Origin: an uncultured Acidobacteriaceae bacterium
GTDB taxonomy: Bacteria; Acidobacteriota; Terriglobia; Terriglobales; Acidobacteriaceae
Length of the DNA stretch: 64,000 bases
Direction of reading: 5' to 3'
NCBI GenBank assembly: GCA_963707205.1
Contig: CAVPQE010000035.1
Coordinates: forward strand, 8,164 to 72,163
The position numbers and the translations under genes are program-made. The notes beneath the pieces are model-generated. The model worked only from the letters and a program-made list of their open reading frames with translations, had not been told where the DNA came from and ran no database searches. Of the stretch, positions 49,466-58,363 are shown piece after piece (positions within the stretch are counted from its first letter, which is position 1; every line of letters starts with the position of its first letter).

Positions 49466-50035
49466 ATGAGAATCGGAGTCCTAGCCCTGCAGGGCGATTT
49501 CGACGCCCACCGCCGCCGGCTCGAAGAGCTCGGCGCCGAAGTTGTGTTCGTCAAAAAGCCTGAGCAACTCGACGACATCGACGGCCTGGTTATCCCCGGC
49601 GGCGAATCCGGCACATTCCTGAAACTGCTGGGCGACGCCGGATTCGCAAAGCTAAAACAGTTCGTCCACCTCAAGCCCACCTTCGGCACCTGCGCCGGCG
49701 CAATCCTGCTGGCCACAGAAGTCGAGAATCCCAAGCAGGCCGGCCTGGGCGCGCTCAATATCCGTATCCGCCGCAACGCCTACGGACGCCAGATCGATAG
49801 CTCCATTCGCCAAGGCCTGCTAGGAAACTCTCCGTTGGAAATGGTCTTCATCCGCGCCCCCAAGATCGAGCACGTCGGCCCCGGCGTCGAAGTCATCGCG
49901 ACTGAAGGTGCCCAGCCGGTCGCCGTCCGCCAGGGAACCGCCATGGCCGCCACCTTCCACCCCGAACTCTCCGACGATACACGGATTCACCGCGCCTTCC
50001 TCGATCTGGTTTCGAACGGCAAGAAGAAGCCTTAA
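49466..50035 (+). CDS. pdxT: pyridoxal 5'-phosphate synthase, glutaminase subunit
   Basis: 189 aa. MRIGVLALQGDF, GLVIPGGESGT, FGTCAGAILLA (catalytic Cys), FHPE. Confidence 0.9.
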   Translation: MRIGVLALQGDFDAHRRRLEELGAEVVFVKKPEQLDDIDGLVIPGGESGTFLKLLGDAGFAKLKQFVHLKPTFGTCAGAILLATEVENPKQAGLGALNIRIRRNAYGRQIDSSIRQGLLGNSPLEMVFIRAPKIEHVGPGVEVIATEGAQPVAVRQGTAMAATFHPELSDDTRIHRAFLDLVSNGKKKP

Positions 50036-50198
50036 CTTCAAGAAAGTGTCGTGAAGGCGTCAAATCCCGAGTGCCGCATCCTTTGTGTTCTTTGCAAGGG
50101 TGGGATTCCACGGAACTCAATCCCCGGTCGATTCTCTCCGACTTGCTTGCGAACTCCCCGGCCCAGTGAGACGATGATCTCGCACCCGGAGGCCCCGC

Positions 50199-50612
50199 AT
50201 GGTCAACGGCGCCCACATCGTTCTCTATACCAGAGATCCGGAAGCGGACCGCGCCTTCTTTCGCGACGTGCTCAAGTTCTCCTCCGTGGACGCCGGCCAC
50301 GGCTGGCTAATCTTCGCCCTGCCTCCCGCCGAAGCCGCCTTCCATGATTTAGAAAAGCATGGTCTGGAGCACAACGACGTCGCACCCAAGGATTCCCAGG
50401 ATGCCGATGCCAAGCAAAACGCCCACCACGAACTTTTCCTGATGTGCGACGACATCGCCGCAACCTTGCGCGAGCTCAAATCGAAGCAGGTGCCAGTCTC
50501 CGACGTAAGCGAACAGCGTTGGGGAAAACTCGCCACCGTCACTCTCCCGGGCGGCAGCAAACTAGGCATCTACCAGCCCAAACATCCCAGTCCACCGCAC
50601 AATAAGCGCTAA
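50199..50612 (+). CDS. VOC/glyoxalase-family protein
   Basis: 137 aa. Two beta-alpha-beta-beta-beta half-modules (HIVLYTRDPEADRAFF..., ...KLATVTLPGGSKLGIYQP). Confidence 0.7.
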   Translation: MVNGAHIVLYTRDPEADRAFFRDVLKFSSVDAGHGWLIFALPPAEAAFHDLEKHGLEHNDVAPKDSQDADAKQNAHHELFLMCDDIAATLRELKSKQVPVSDVSEQRWGKLATVTLPGGSKLGIYQPKHPSPPHNKR

Positions 50613-51045
50613 GCCACGACTTACCGCACACCATTTCCCTTGGTCATTCCGAACCCGTTCTTTGGGTGAGGAATCTGCTTTTGACTGCATCTCGTCGAAC
50701 TTCCAGTTCGAGAGGTCACGTTAACCACACGATGCGTCTATCCGGAGGCAGTTCCCGGTGCGGCGTTGCCAGTGTTTATCGGCAAAACAATCGATGTCGT
50801 CAGGGATCACATAGACAGGTGATCGATGAAATCGCAAGGGACGCGTTGCCCGGGCGCCCCATCTTTTGTTCTGTGCAAAAGGTGGAATTCCACGAACATA
50901 GATCCCCTAGGATTTCGATTTCCTCCGACATCGACAATCCCGCAGAACCCGTGCCGGAAGCCGGATTCGGAGCAAATCGACCCTGGAATTTCTTCCACTT
51001 TCGGTTCATAATGACCCCTGGAAACGAAGATGCCCGGAGGCCCGT

Positions 51046-51540
51046 ATGCGTCTCGGTAGCCTGTTCTGCTTGTTGTTTCTCCTGGTTGGAATCACTGCCG
51101 CACAAGACACGAACTTTCCCGTGGGTCCGCAATACCTGGTGACCTTCGGTTCGCCCATGTTCGCTCGGCCCATCGCCACGCCGACTCTTTGGCTGGACGT
51201 CCCGCTCCCCCCGATTCCGAGCCTTCCCGAAGTCGGACCGGTGATCGGCAATCAACCCTACATCGAGAATCCCGAACTCCAGCACGAGGTCGATCTGTTC
51301 CCGATCTACTACGGCTACCCGATGCCCAGCGTGGTCGAGCTTACCTCGGCCGAGCCGCCCCGCGAACTGCCCGCGAGCATCGTCGATGTGGGCGTGGCGG
51401 GGATAACCAATGCGCAATCTCTGCGCGAACAGGGATACGGAGTCCCGCTCGGAGACACTGCCTCATTCTGGAAAGCTCACAAGCCCCACGCCCCTCGCGT
51501 CTATACCAATGCCGACGTCGAGCGCCTGCACGGGAGTTAG
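51046..51540 (+). CDS. secreted hypothetical protein
   Basis: 164 aa. Signal peptide MRLGSLFCLLFLLVGITAA; Pro-rich mature part. Confidence 0.5.
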   Translation: MRLGSLFCLLFLLVGITAAQDTNFPVGPQYLVTFGSPMFARPIATPTLWLDVPLPPIPSLPEVGPVIGNQPYIENPELQHEVDLFPIYYGYPMPSVVELTSAEPPRELPASIVDVGVAGITNAQSLREQGYGVPLGDTASFWKAHKPHAPRVYTNADVERLHGS

Positions 51541-51939
51541 CTTTTGCACAGGGCTGGTGTGACGTCTAACCTTGCCATCCGCAGGCAAGTAAGCAGATGA
51601 TCGTCAAGGCGGAGGCGGTAGACGCCGCAAACGTGAAACAGGGCATAAGTTCTTTGTTGTCAAGATTTTGACCTCTAAGTCATTTGCCCTCAAGATTTTG
51701 CAGGGCATTTTTGCAAACCCCGCGCCAGTCAAGGCATTCAGAGGGGGGGTGGGGGAGGGGGATACCCTCGAACCCTGGGGTCTTCCCGAAATGGACTTCC
51801 TCAAAACCCTCCTCTTCAAACCTCTCCTTGAAGTATTTTTCTCGGAAATTTCCACAGCGCGAATCGAGTCCAGTCCACTTCCCGCATCCGTCCCGCCTCG
51901 CGTGATAGCCTGAATCCATCTCACTCCGCACGGAGATTC

Positions 51940-53406
51940 ATGCACGACTCCAATCCTTCTCATCTCGACCTGCAGGCCACCGCAAAAGAAATCATGCAGC
52001 AACACGGCTTCGAGCCAGATTTTCCTCCCCAGGTTCCGCAGCAACTTGCCGACCTGAAGGCTCATCCGCCGCAAATCGCCGCGGGAGGCGATGTGTGCGA
52101 CCTGCGCAATTTGCTGTGGTCCTCCATTGATAACGACACTTCGCGCGACCTCGATCAAATTGAAGTCGCCAAACGCGCCTCGAATGGCGACGTGAAGATC
52201 ATGATTGGCATTGCGGACGTGGATGCGTTCGTCCCCAAGCAGACTGCGATTGACCAGCACGCCGCGCGCGAGACGACGACGGTTTACGCCGGAGTCCGCA
52301 ACTTTCCCATGCTGCCCGAAGAGCTTTCCACCGGAGCCAGCTCTCTGCTCGAAAACCAGGATCGGCTCAGCGTCGTGATTGAATTCGTGGTCGATTCCAG
52401 CGGAGGCCTGAACTCGCCCAGCGTCTATCGCGCGGTGGTCCGCAACAAGGCTCAACTGCAATACAACTCCGTCGGGGCGTGGTTGGAAGGGAAGTCTGCC
52501 GCTCCCCCGAAGGTCATGGCTTCCAGCGATTTGCAAGCGCAACTCAAACTGCAGGATGAGGTCGCGCAGAAGCTAAAAGACCAGCGCTTCCAGCACGGAG
52601 CGCTCAACCTGCAGACCGACGAAGTTCAACCCCTGCTGCTCAACGATCAGGTCATCGACGTCGTGAAACAGCAAAAGAACCGCGCGACGGAACTCATCGA
52701 AGACTTTATGGTTGCAGCGAACGGCGTGGTCGCCCGCCAGCTAGAGAAGGTTTCATCTCTGCGCCGCATCGTGCGCACTCCTGAGCGCTGGGATCGCATC
52801 GTGCAACTGGCTGCCACCAAAGGCGAGAAACTTCCGGCGCAGCCGGATTCGAAAGCGTTGAACGATTTCCTGCTGCGGCGCAAGGCCGCCGATCCCGATC
52901 ACTTCGCCGATCTTTCCCTCGCCGTGATCAAGCTCATCGGTCCCGGCGAATATGTTCTGGAGCGCGCAGGCGATGTTGCTCCCGGACACTTCGGTCTGGC
53001 GGTTCAGGATTACACTCACTCCACCGCCCCTAACCGCCGCTTCGCCGATGTCGTCACGCAGCGATTGCTCAAGGCCATGCTCGCTGGTCAGAACAATCCC
53101 TACTCCGACAGCGAACTAACCGTCATCGCAGCCAACTGCACGCAAAAAGAAGACGCCGCCAGAAAGGTCGAGCGTGAAATGTCGAAGCGGCTGGCTGCAG
53201 TTGCCTTGCAACACAGAATTGGCGAAGTCTTCGATGCGATCGTGAGTGGCGTGACCGAGCACGGAACCTTCGTCCGCGTTTTCCAGCCGCACATCGAGGG
53301 ACTCCTTGCCCAAGGTCAGCAGGGACTCGATGTGGGCGACAAGTTGCGCGTCCAGCTCATGCGCACCAACGTGCAAAAAGGATACATCGACTTCGCTCGC
53401 GCCTAG
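51940..53406 (+). CDS. RNB-domain exoribonuclease (RNase II/R family) with C-terminal S1-like domain
   Basis: 488 aa. SIDNDTSRDLDQ motif, RNB core, C-terminal GVTEHGTFVRV...GDKLRVQL S1-like segment. No N-terminal cold-shock domains. Confidence 0.8.
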   Translation: MHDSNPSHLDLQATAKEIMQQHGFEPDFPPQVPQQLADLKAHPPQIAAGGDVCDLRNLLWSSIDNDTSRDLDQIEVAKRASNGDVKIMIGIADVDAFVPKQTAIDQHAARETTTVYAGVRNFPMLPEELSTGASSLLENQDRLSVVIEFVVDSSGGLNSPSVYRAVVRNKAQLQYNSVGAWLEGKSAAPPKVMASSDLQAQLKLQDEVAQKLKDQRFQHGALNLQTDEVQPLLLNDQVIDVVKQQKNRATELIEDFMVAANGVVARQLEKVSSLRRIVRTPERWDRIVQLAATKGEKLPAQPDSKALNDFLLRRKAADPDHFADLSLAVIKLIGPGEYVLERAGDVAPGHFGLAVQDYTHSTAPNRRFADVVTQRLLKAMLAGQNNPYSDSELTVIAANCTQKEDAARKVEREMSKRLAAVALQHRIGEVFDAIVSGVTEHGTFVRVFQPHIEGLLAQGQQGLDVGDKLRVQLMRTNVQKGYIDFARA

Positions 53407-53420
53407 CCTGTCTTCAGCGC

Positions 53421-54572
53421 TTACTCTGTAACGACCGCCTTCACCAGATTTCGCGGATGATCTACGTCGTATCCCTTGTTCACCGCGACATGATAGGCAA
53501 ACAGTTGCAGAGGAATCACTTCGACAATGGGCAACAGCAGCTCCGGAGCCCCAGGAACGTAGAATACGTGATCAGCGATGGCCGCGACTTCCTTGTCTCC
53601 GTCCGTCGCGACCGCGACCAGCGGACCGCGGCGTGATTTCACTTCCTTCATTACCTCCAGCGTTCGCTTATAGCGCAACACCGAATCCGGATCGCGATGG
53701 TCGCAGGTAGCGAGCACCACGACTGGAAGTGTTTCGTCGACCAGTGCATTGGGTCCATGTTTGAGCTCGCCTGCGGGGTATCCTTCGGCATGCGCGTAGG
53801 AGATTTCCTTGAGCTTGAGCGCGCCTTCGCGCGCGATCGCGTAATGCACTCCGCGGCCGAGATAAAGGAACTTTTCCGCCTTGAAGTGCACCGCGCCGAA
53901 TTCTTCAGCGAGAGTGTCCCAAGTGGCGAGCTGTCGTTCGATCGCGTCGGGAAGGCGCATCAGCCGCTGCAGATACGACCGCGTCACTTCCGACGTCATC
54001 CGTCCCCGCTTGCGCGCGAGGAATAGGGCCATCAGATAGAGAATCGTGAGTTGGGTGGTAAAACTCTTCGTGGCAGGGATCGACAGTTCGGGCCCAGCGC
54101 CCGAGATCAAGGCCGCGCTGGCTTCGCGCACAATGGTTGTGTCCGGAACATTCGAAATCGCAATAGTCTTGACCCCGCGCGTCAGGGCTTCGCGTTGCGC
54201 CGCGATCGTGTCCGCGGTCTCCCCCGATTGCGTAATCACCATCACAATTGGCTCCACTGCCATCGCATGAGTTGAGCGGTAGCAGTATTCGCTGGCGTAT
54301 TCGACGTCAACCGCCACGCCCGAAAGATCTTCGATCATGATTTCGCCCGCCAGGCCTGCGTGTCGGCTCGATCCGCTGGCGGCAATGATCAATTTCTCGA
54401 AGGTGAGGAGCGCCCCTTCGATGGCATGCAGTTCTCCGGGAAAGAGGATGTCGTCTTTGAGGTGCTTCTCGACGGTCTTTGCGATGGCCGCGGGCTGCTC
54501 GTAGATTTCCCGCCGCATGGCGTGCGAATATTTCTGGTTGATGGCGCTCTTGTTTTCTTTGGCAGGAGTCAT
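53421..54572 (-). CDS. GlmS-like double-SIS protein without glutaminase domain (GlcN-6-P deaminase/isomerase type)
   Basis: 383 aa. Starts at the MRREIYEQP motif that begins the GlmS isomerase half and ends with DVDHPRNLVKAVVTE. Confidence 0.8.
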   Translation of the reverse strand: MTPAKENKSAINQKYSHAMRREIYEQPAAIAKTVEKHLKDDILFPGELHAIEGALLTFEKLIIAASGSSRHAGLAGEIMIEDLSGVAVDVEYASEYCYRSTHAMAVEPIVMVITQSGETADTIAAQREALTRGVKTIAISNVPDTTIVREASAALISGAGPELSIPATKSFTTQLTILYLMALFLARKRGRMTSEVTRSYLQRLMRLPDAIERQLATWDTLAEEFGAVHFKAEKFLYLGRGVHYAIAREGALKLKEISYAHAEGYPAGELKHGPNALVDETLPVVVLATCDHRDPDSVLRYKRTLEVMKEVKSRRGPLVAVATDGDKEVAAIADHVFYVPGAPELLLPIVEVIPLQLFAYHVAVNKGYDVDHPRNLVKAVVTE

Positions 54573-54677
54573 TGGGACTGGGCTGAGAGTAAATCATTTT
54601 CCGGGCAACGGGCAACCGCGCAGACGACGAAGCGAAGTTGCAGCGCCGCCGAGATACAGCGCTACGATTGAACCGCG

Positions 54678-56500
54678 CTACTTTCCGACGGTCGCGCCTT
54701 CGAAGTGGGCTTCAATTTCTTCCAGGGTCTTTCCTTTGGTCTCGGGTAAGAACCATGTGGCCGTAATGAAATAGATTACGGTGCAGGCTGCGAAGCCGAA
54801 GAACATGGTCGAGTATCCATACTTGCCCACGGTGGGCAGGAAGATCGCCGCGATCGTGGTAGAGACTGCCTGGTTGAGTACTAACGCGATGCTCATCCCG
54901 TTGGAGCGGATGCGCGTGGGCATCAACTCTGACAGCGCCAGCCAAACGCACACGCCGGGACCGACAGCGTAAAAGGCCATGAATACAAACAGAGTGATAG
55001 CCACCATCCAGCCATTGCGCGGCAGCGGGACTGGCGTGATCAGCGCGTTCTCGATTCTTAGCGGGGCTTCGCGTAAGGCAGCCTAGCGATTGCCGAACGG
55101 ATTGGAGAAAAACGCCACGACCTTATTGGCGGGTACACACCTTTCGCGCGTGATTTCGATCGGCTTCGCGGCCGGATCGTCGGAACGCACCACCTGGCTT
55201 GCGGCACGGAAGTCTCCGTACGAATAAATGACAACCAGCGACGTCGGACTTTCGCTTCTTGGACCGAGCGACGCCGGGGTTGCATGCAAGAGCCTTGCGG
55301 CCAACGGTTCCTGTTGTAGAGCAATGTGAGTCGTTGATCTGGAGTGACCATGGATTGGACATGCACCTTTGGCATCCACGCGGTGGACTTCGGTCCTGAG
55401 GAAGAGCACTCCCGTACAAATCAGCGACACGATAATTCCCGCAGTGCCGATTCCTAAGAGGAACTTTCGACCTTTACGATCGACGAGCACGACGCCGCCG
55501 AAGGTCACGGCGAAGTTGATGATGGTAGAATATGACGTAACCCCAGTGCGCCGCAGAGGTCCGAGAGTCCGCTCTGCAGGAGAATATTGGTGTTGTAAGC
55601 GATGATCGAGTTAATGCCGGTGGCCTGATTGAAGGCGAGAATAATGCAAGCGAGCACGAACGGGATTACGTACTTGCGCCGCAGGAGCGACTCCTTAACC
55701 TTCGTCCCACCCGAGTTTTTCCCCTGTTCGGCGGCGGTGACTTCCTGCATCTCCCTGAGTTCAAGATCCGCCTGCTCGGTGGTGCGCGAGCGCAGAAGCG
55801 CCGTATAGGCCGCTTCTTTCTTGCCGCGACGCAAAAGCCAGCGAGGGGATTCCGCGACCATAAAACTGCCGATGACGAATAAAATTCCCGGGGGCAACGA
55901 GACCCAGAAAATGCCGCGCCACGCCGTATCCTTGAATGCTAGGAGCCTGGCTGCATCCCCGAGCTTGGCCACTTGATCTACGCGGAAGCTGAAGTAAACG
56001 CCGACGAACGCCGCGGTCACAATGCCCAGCGTCAGCAGCCATTGGAAGATGCCGGTGCCTTTGCCCCGGCTCGATGCCGTCAAACACTCCGCAAGATAAA
56101 GAGGAACCACGACGCCGATTAACCCCGCGCTGATGCCCTGCAACAGCCGGCCGAAGACGAGTGGTCCATAACCGTGCGACAAGGCGATCATCGGAATGCT
56201 GATGACGAACATGACTCCGCTCAGCGCCATCAGGGACTTGCGTCCCATCCAATCCGCGAGCAATCCCGCAAACAGCGTGGAGATCACGCTGCCCAGCAGA
56301 ACCGCGGCAACCACAATGGAGAGTTGACCGGCATTCAGGCCGGAGGTCGCTTCCAGATAGGGCAAAGCGCCGGCAATGATGCCGACGTCCACGCCGTAGA
56401 GCAGTCCACCCAGCCCAGCCACTATTAAGAGGAAACGGTTATAGAAAATCTTTTTGTCATCGAGCAAGGAAGGAGTGCCGGTTGCGATCTCAGCAGTCAT
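54678..56500 (-). pseudogene. MFS sugar-porter-family transporter with two frameshifts and an in-frame TAG
   Basis: The N-terminal half (GRKSL, PESPRWLLRRG motifs) ends abnormally at ...LLQSGLSDL. AAHWGYVIF and TIINFAVTFGGVVLVDRKGRKFLL continue in the next two frames (shifts near 55553..55561 and 55522..55532). TAG at 55083..55085 precedes the in-frame C-terminal part (PESxxxLEE-type ending). Length minus 2 nt gives 607 codons. Confidence 0.75.
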
Positions 56501-56743
56501 AGAATGATTTGCACCTAAATGTTCCGGAAATGCACCTGAATTGTAGCGTAGGTCGGAGAGCAATCTAGCAAGATTGCTTCGCTATTCAGGTTCACGAGGT
56601 GCTGGTAGAGACGTAGCAGCTACTTCTCTACGAGGTGGCCGCCGCGGCCGCGGCCTCAAGCCGGTCACTACTGCCAGGCTGACAGTCAGCTACAATACCC
56701 AAGCCGCCCACGTTTTCGTCGCACGCGCTGATAACAATTCCGG

Positions 56744-58270
56744 ATGCGATACGGATTCATCATCGACAACCGCAAGTGCATCGGCTGTCACGCCTGCACG
56801 GTGGCATGCAAGACGGAAAACCATGTTCCGCTCACAGTGAATCGCACCTGGGTAAAGTACGTGGAGAAGGGAACATTTCCTAACACCCGCCGCGTCTTTC
56901 AAGTGACCCGCTGCAACCACTGCGAGAATCCGCCTTGCGTGACCATCTGTCCCGTGACGGCGATGTACCAGCGCAAGGACGGCATCGTCGATTTCAGTTC
57001 TGAGCGCTGCATCGGCTGCAAGGCGTGCATGCAGGCTTGCCCTTACGATTCCATTTACATTGATCCGGACGAAGGCACAGCGGCGAAGTGCCACTTCTGC
57101 GCGCATCGCACCGAAGTTGGGCTGGAGCCTTCGTGCGTGGTGGTGTGCCCGGAGCACGCCATCATTGCCGGCGACCTTGATGCCGGCGATGGAGAAATCG
57201 CGCAACTGCTGGCCCGCGAACCGGTGCGCGTGCGCAAGCCAGAGCAGGGCACGCGGCCCAAGCTCTATTACATCGACGGAGACGAGAGCGCGATCGTGCC
57301 CACGGCGGCCCGCCACGAGTCGATCTACATGTGGTCGCAGCGCAACGAGAGCCTGCACGGTGGCGGAGCCCTCTATCCTCCGGACAGTCCGCTGCTGCAG
57401 AAAGATGCTTTGGCAGCCTATGACGTTTCGCACGCGCGTCCGTGGGGCTGGCAGGTTCCGGCGTACTGCTGGACGAAGTCGATCGGCTCGGGCGCGCTGG
57501 CGATCCCGGCGATTGCCATGCTGCTCGGGCGTTTGGGAGTAGATCGCTTGCGGGATGTGGCGCTCTCCACTATCGCGTTGCTGTTTACTGCGCTGACGAC
57601 GCTGCTGTTGGTTTGGGATCTCGAGCACAAGACGCGCTTCCTGCGGGTAGTATTCACGCCGCAGAGCAAATCATGGCTGGCGCGCGGAGCGTTCATTCTG
57701 CTCGCGTACAGTGGTCTGAGTGGGCTGTTCTGGCTGGCGTCAGTGCTGGGTCTTTCGGCGGTGGCATCCGCGCTGTTGTGGCCCACGGTGCTGGTTGGGT
57801 TCTTCGCTGCCATGTACACTGCATTTCTTTTCGGACAGTGCGAAGGACGCGATCTGTGGCAGACTCCGCTATTGCCGGTGCATCTGATTGTGCAAGCGCT
57901 CATGTGCGGCGCTGCCGTTTTGGCTTTGCTCCCTTCCGCAGTTGGAGGTTCGACACAGGTTCTGGTGGTCGCGAAGGAGGCTCTCGGATTCACGCTCATT
58001 TTGCATTTGCTGATTGTCGCGGCTGAATTCATGATGCCGCATGCCACCGACAACTCAGCTTATGCGGCGCGATTGATTACGCATGGATCTTTCAGGAACT
58101 GGTTCTGGGGAGGCGCGGTGGTGCTGGGCGGAATCCTGCCGTTGTCTCTTTTGTGGCTGGTTCCTGTTGAGTTTTATAACGTGATGTTCGCGGGAGTGCT
58201 GGCTCTCGCGGGGTTGCTGATCTTTGAGTGGTGTTTCGTCATGGCTGGGCAGAGCGCGCCCAACAGCTAG
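56744..58270 (+). CDS. fused 4Fe-4S (PsrB/DmsB-like) and NrfD/PsrC-like membrane subunit
   Basis: 508 aa. Four ferredoxin-type Cys groups (CIGCHACTVAC, CNHCENPPC, CIGCKACMQACP, CHFC...C...CP), then eight predicted TM helices. Confidence 0.85.
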   Translation: MRYGFIIDNRKCIGCHACTVACKTENHVPLTVNRTWVKYVEKGTFPNTRRVFQVTRCNHCENPPCVTICPVTAMYQRKDGIVDFSSERCIGCKACMQACPYDSIYIDPDEGTAAKCHFCAHRTEVGLEPSCVVVCPEHAIIAGDLDAGDGEIAQLLAREPVRVRKPEQGTRPKLYYIDGDESAIVPTAARHESIYMWSQRNESLHGGGALYPPDSPLLQKDALAAYDVSHARPWGWQVPAYCWTKSIGSGALAIPAIAMLLGRLGVDRLRDVALSTIALLFTALTTLLLVWDLEHKTRFLRVVFTPQSKSWLARGAFILLAYSGLSGLFWLASVLGLSAVASALLWPTVLVGFFAAMYTAFLFGQCEGRDLWQTPLLPVHLIVQALMCGAAVLALLPSAVGGSTQVLVVAKEALGFTLILHLLIVAAEFMMPHATDNSAYAARLITHGSFRNWFWGGAVVLGGILPLSLLWLVPVEFYNVMFAGVLALAGLLIFEWCFVMAGQSAPNS

Positions 58271-58289
58271 GGTCGCCGTATTAAACAAA

Positions 58290-58336
58290 GCCGAGCTTTG
58301 CTCGGCGGACAGCTGAGGGCGGCTGTCCCCACATTG
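58290..58336 (-). repeat. REP-like hairpin element, second copy of the 46034..46079 element (inverted)
   Basis: The reverse complement CAATGTGGGGACAGCCGCCCTCAGCTGTCCGCCGAGCAAAGCTCGGC aligns almost base for base with AATGTGAGGACAGCCGCCCTCGGCTGTCCGCCGGGCGCAGCTTGGC. Confidence 0.7.
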
Positions 58337-58363
58337 TGGCACTCAACGATATGGAGATTCAGA

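Noticed and set aside
51604-52542. 312-aa minus-strand ORF overlapping the start of the RNB ribonuclease gene
   Set aside because: It is antisense to a gene with clear RNB motifs and extends through the G-rich non-coding tract, with a low-complexity translation.
55083-55085. In-frame TAG in the MFS gene as a recoded (pyrrolysine) codon
   Set aside because: There are no pyl genes or other context, and the same gene carries two frameshifts. A nonsense mutation in a decaying gene is the simpler reading.
58298-58363. Upstream in-frame extension of the Mo-enzyme ORF (MLGGQLRAAVPTLWHSTIWRFR)
   Set aside because: The extension is the translation of the REP-like hairpin element and has no Tat or signal features. 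ATG 58364 follows a GGAG-containing stretch and fits homologous N-termini better.
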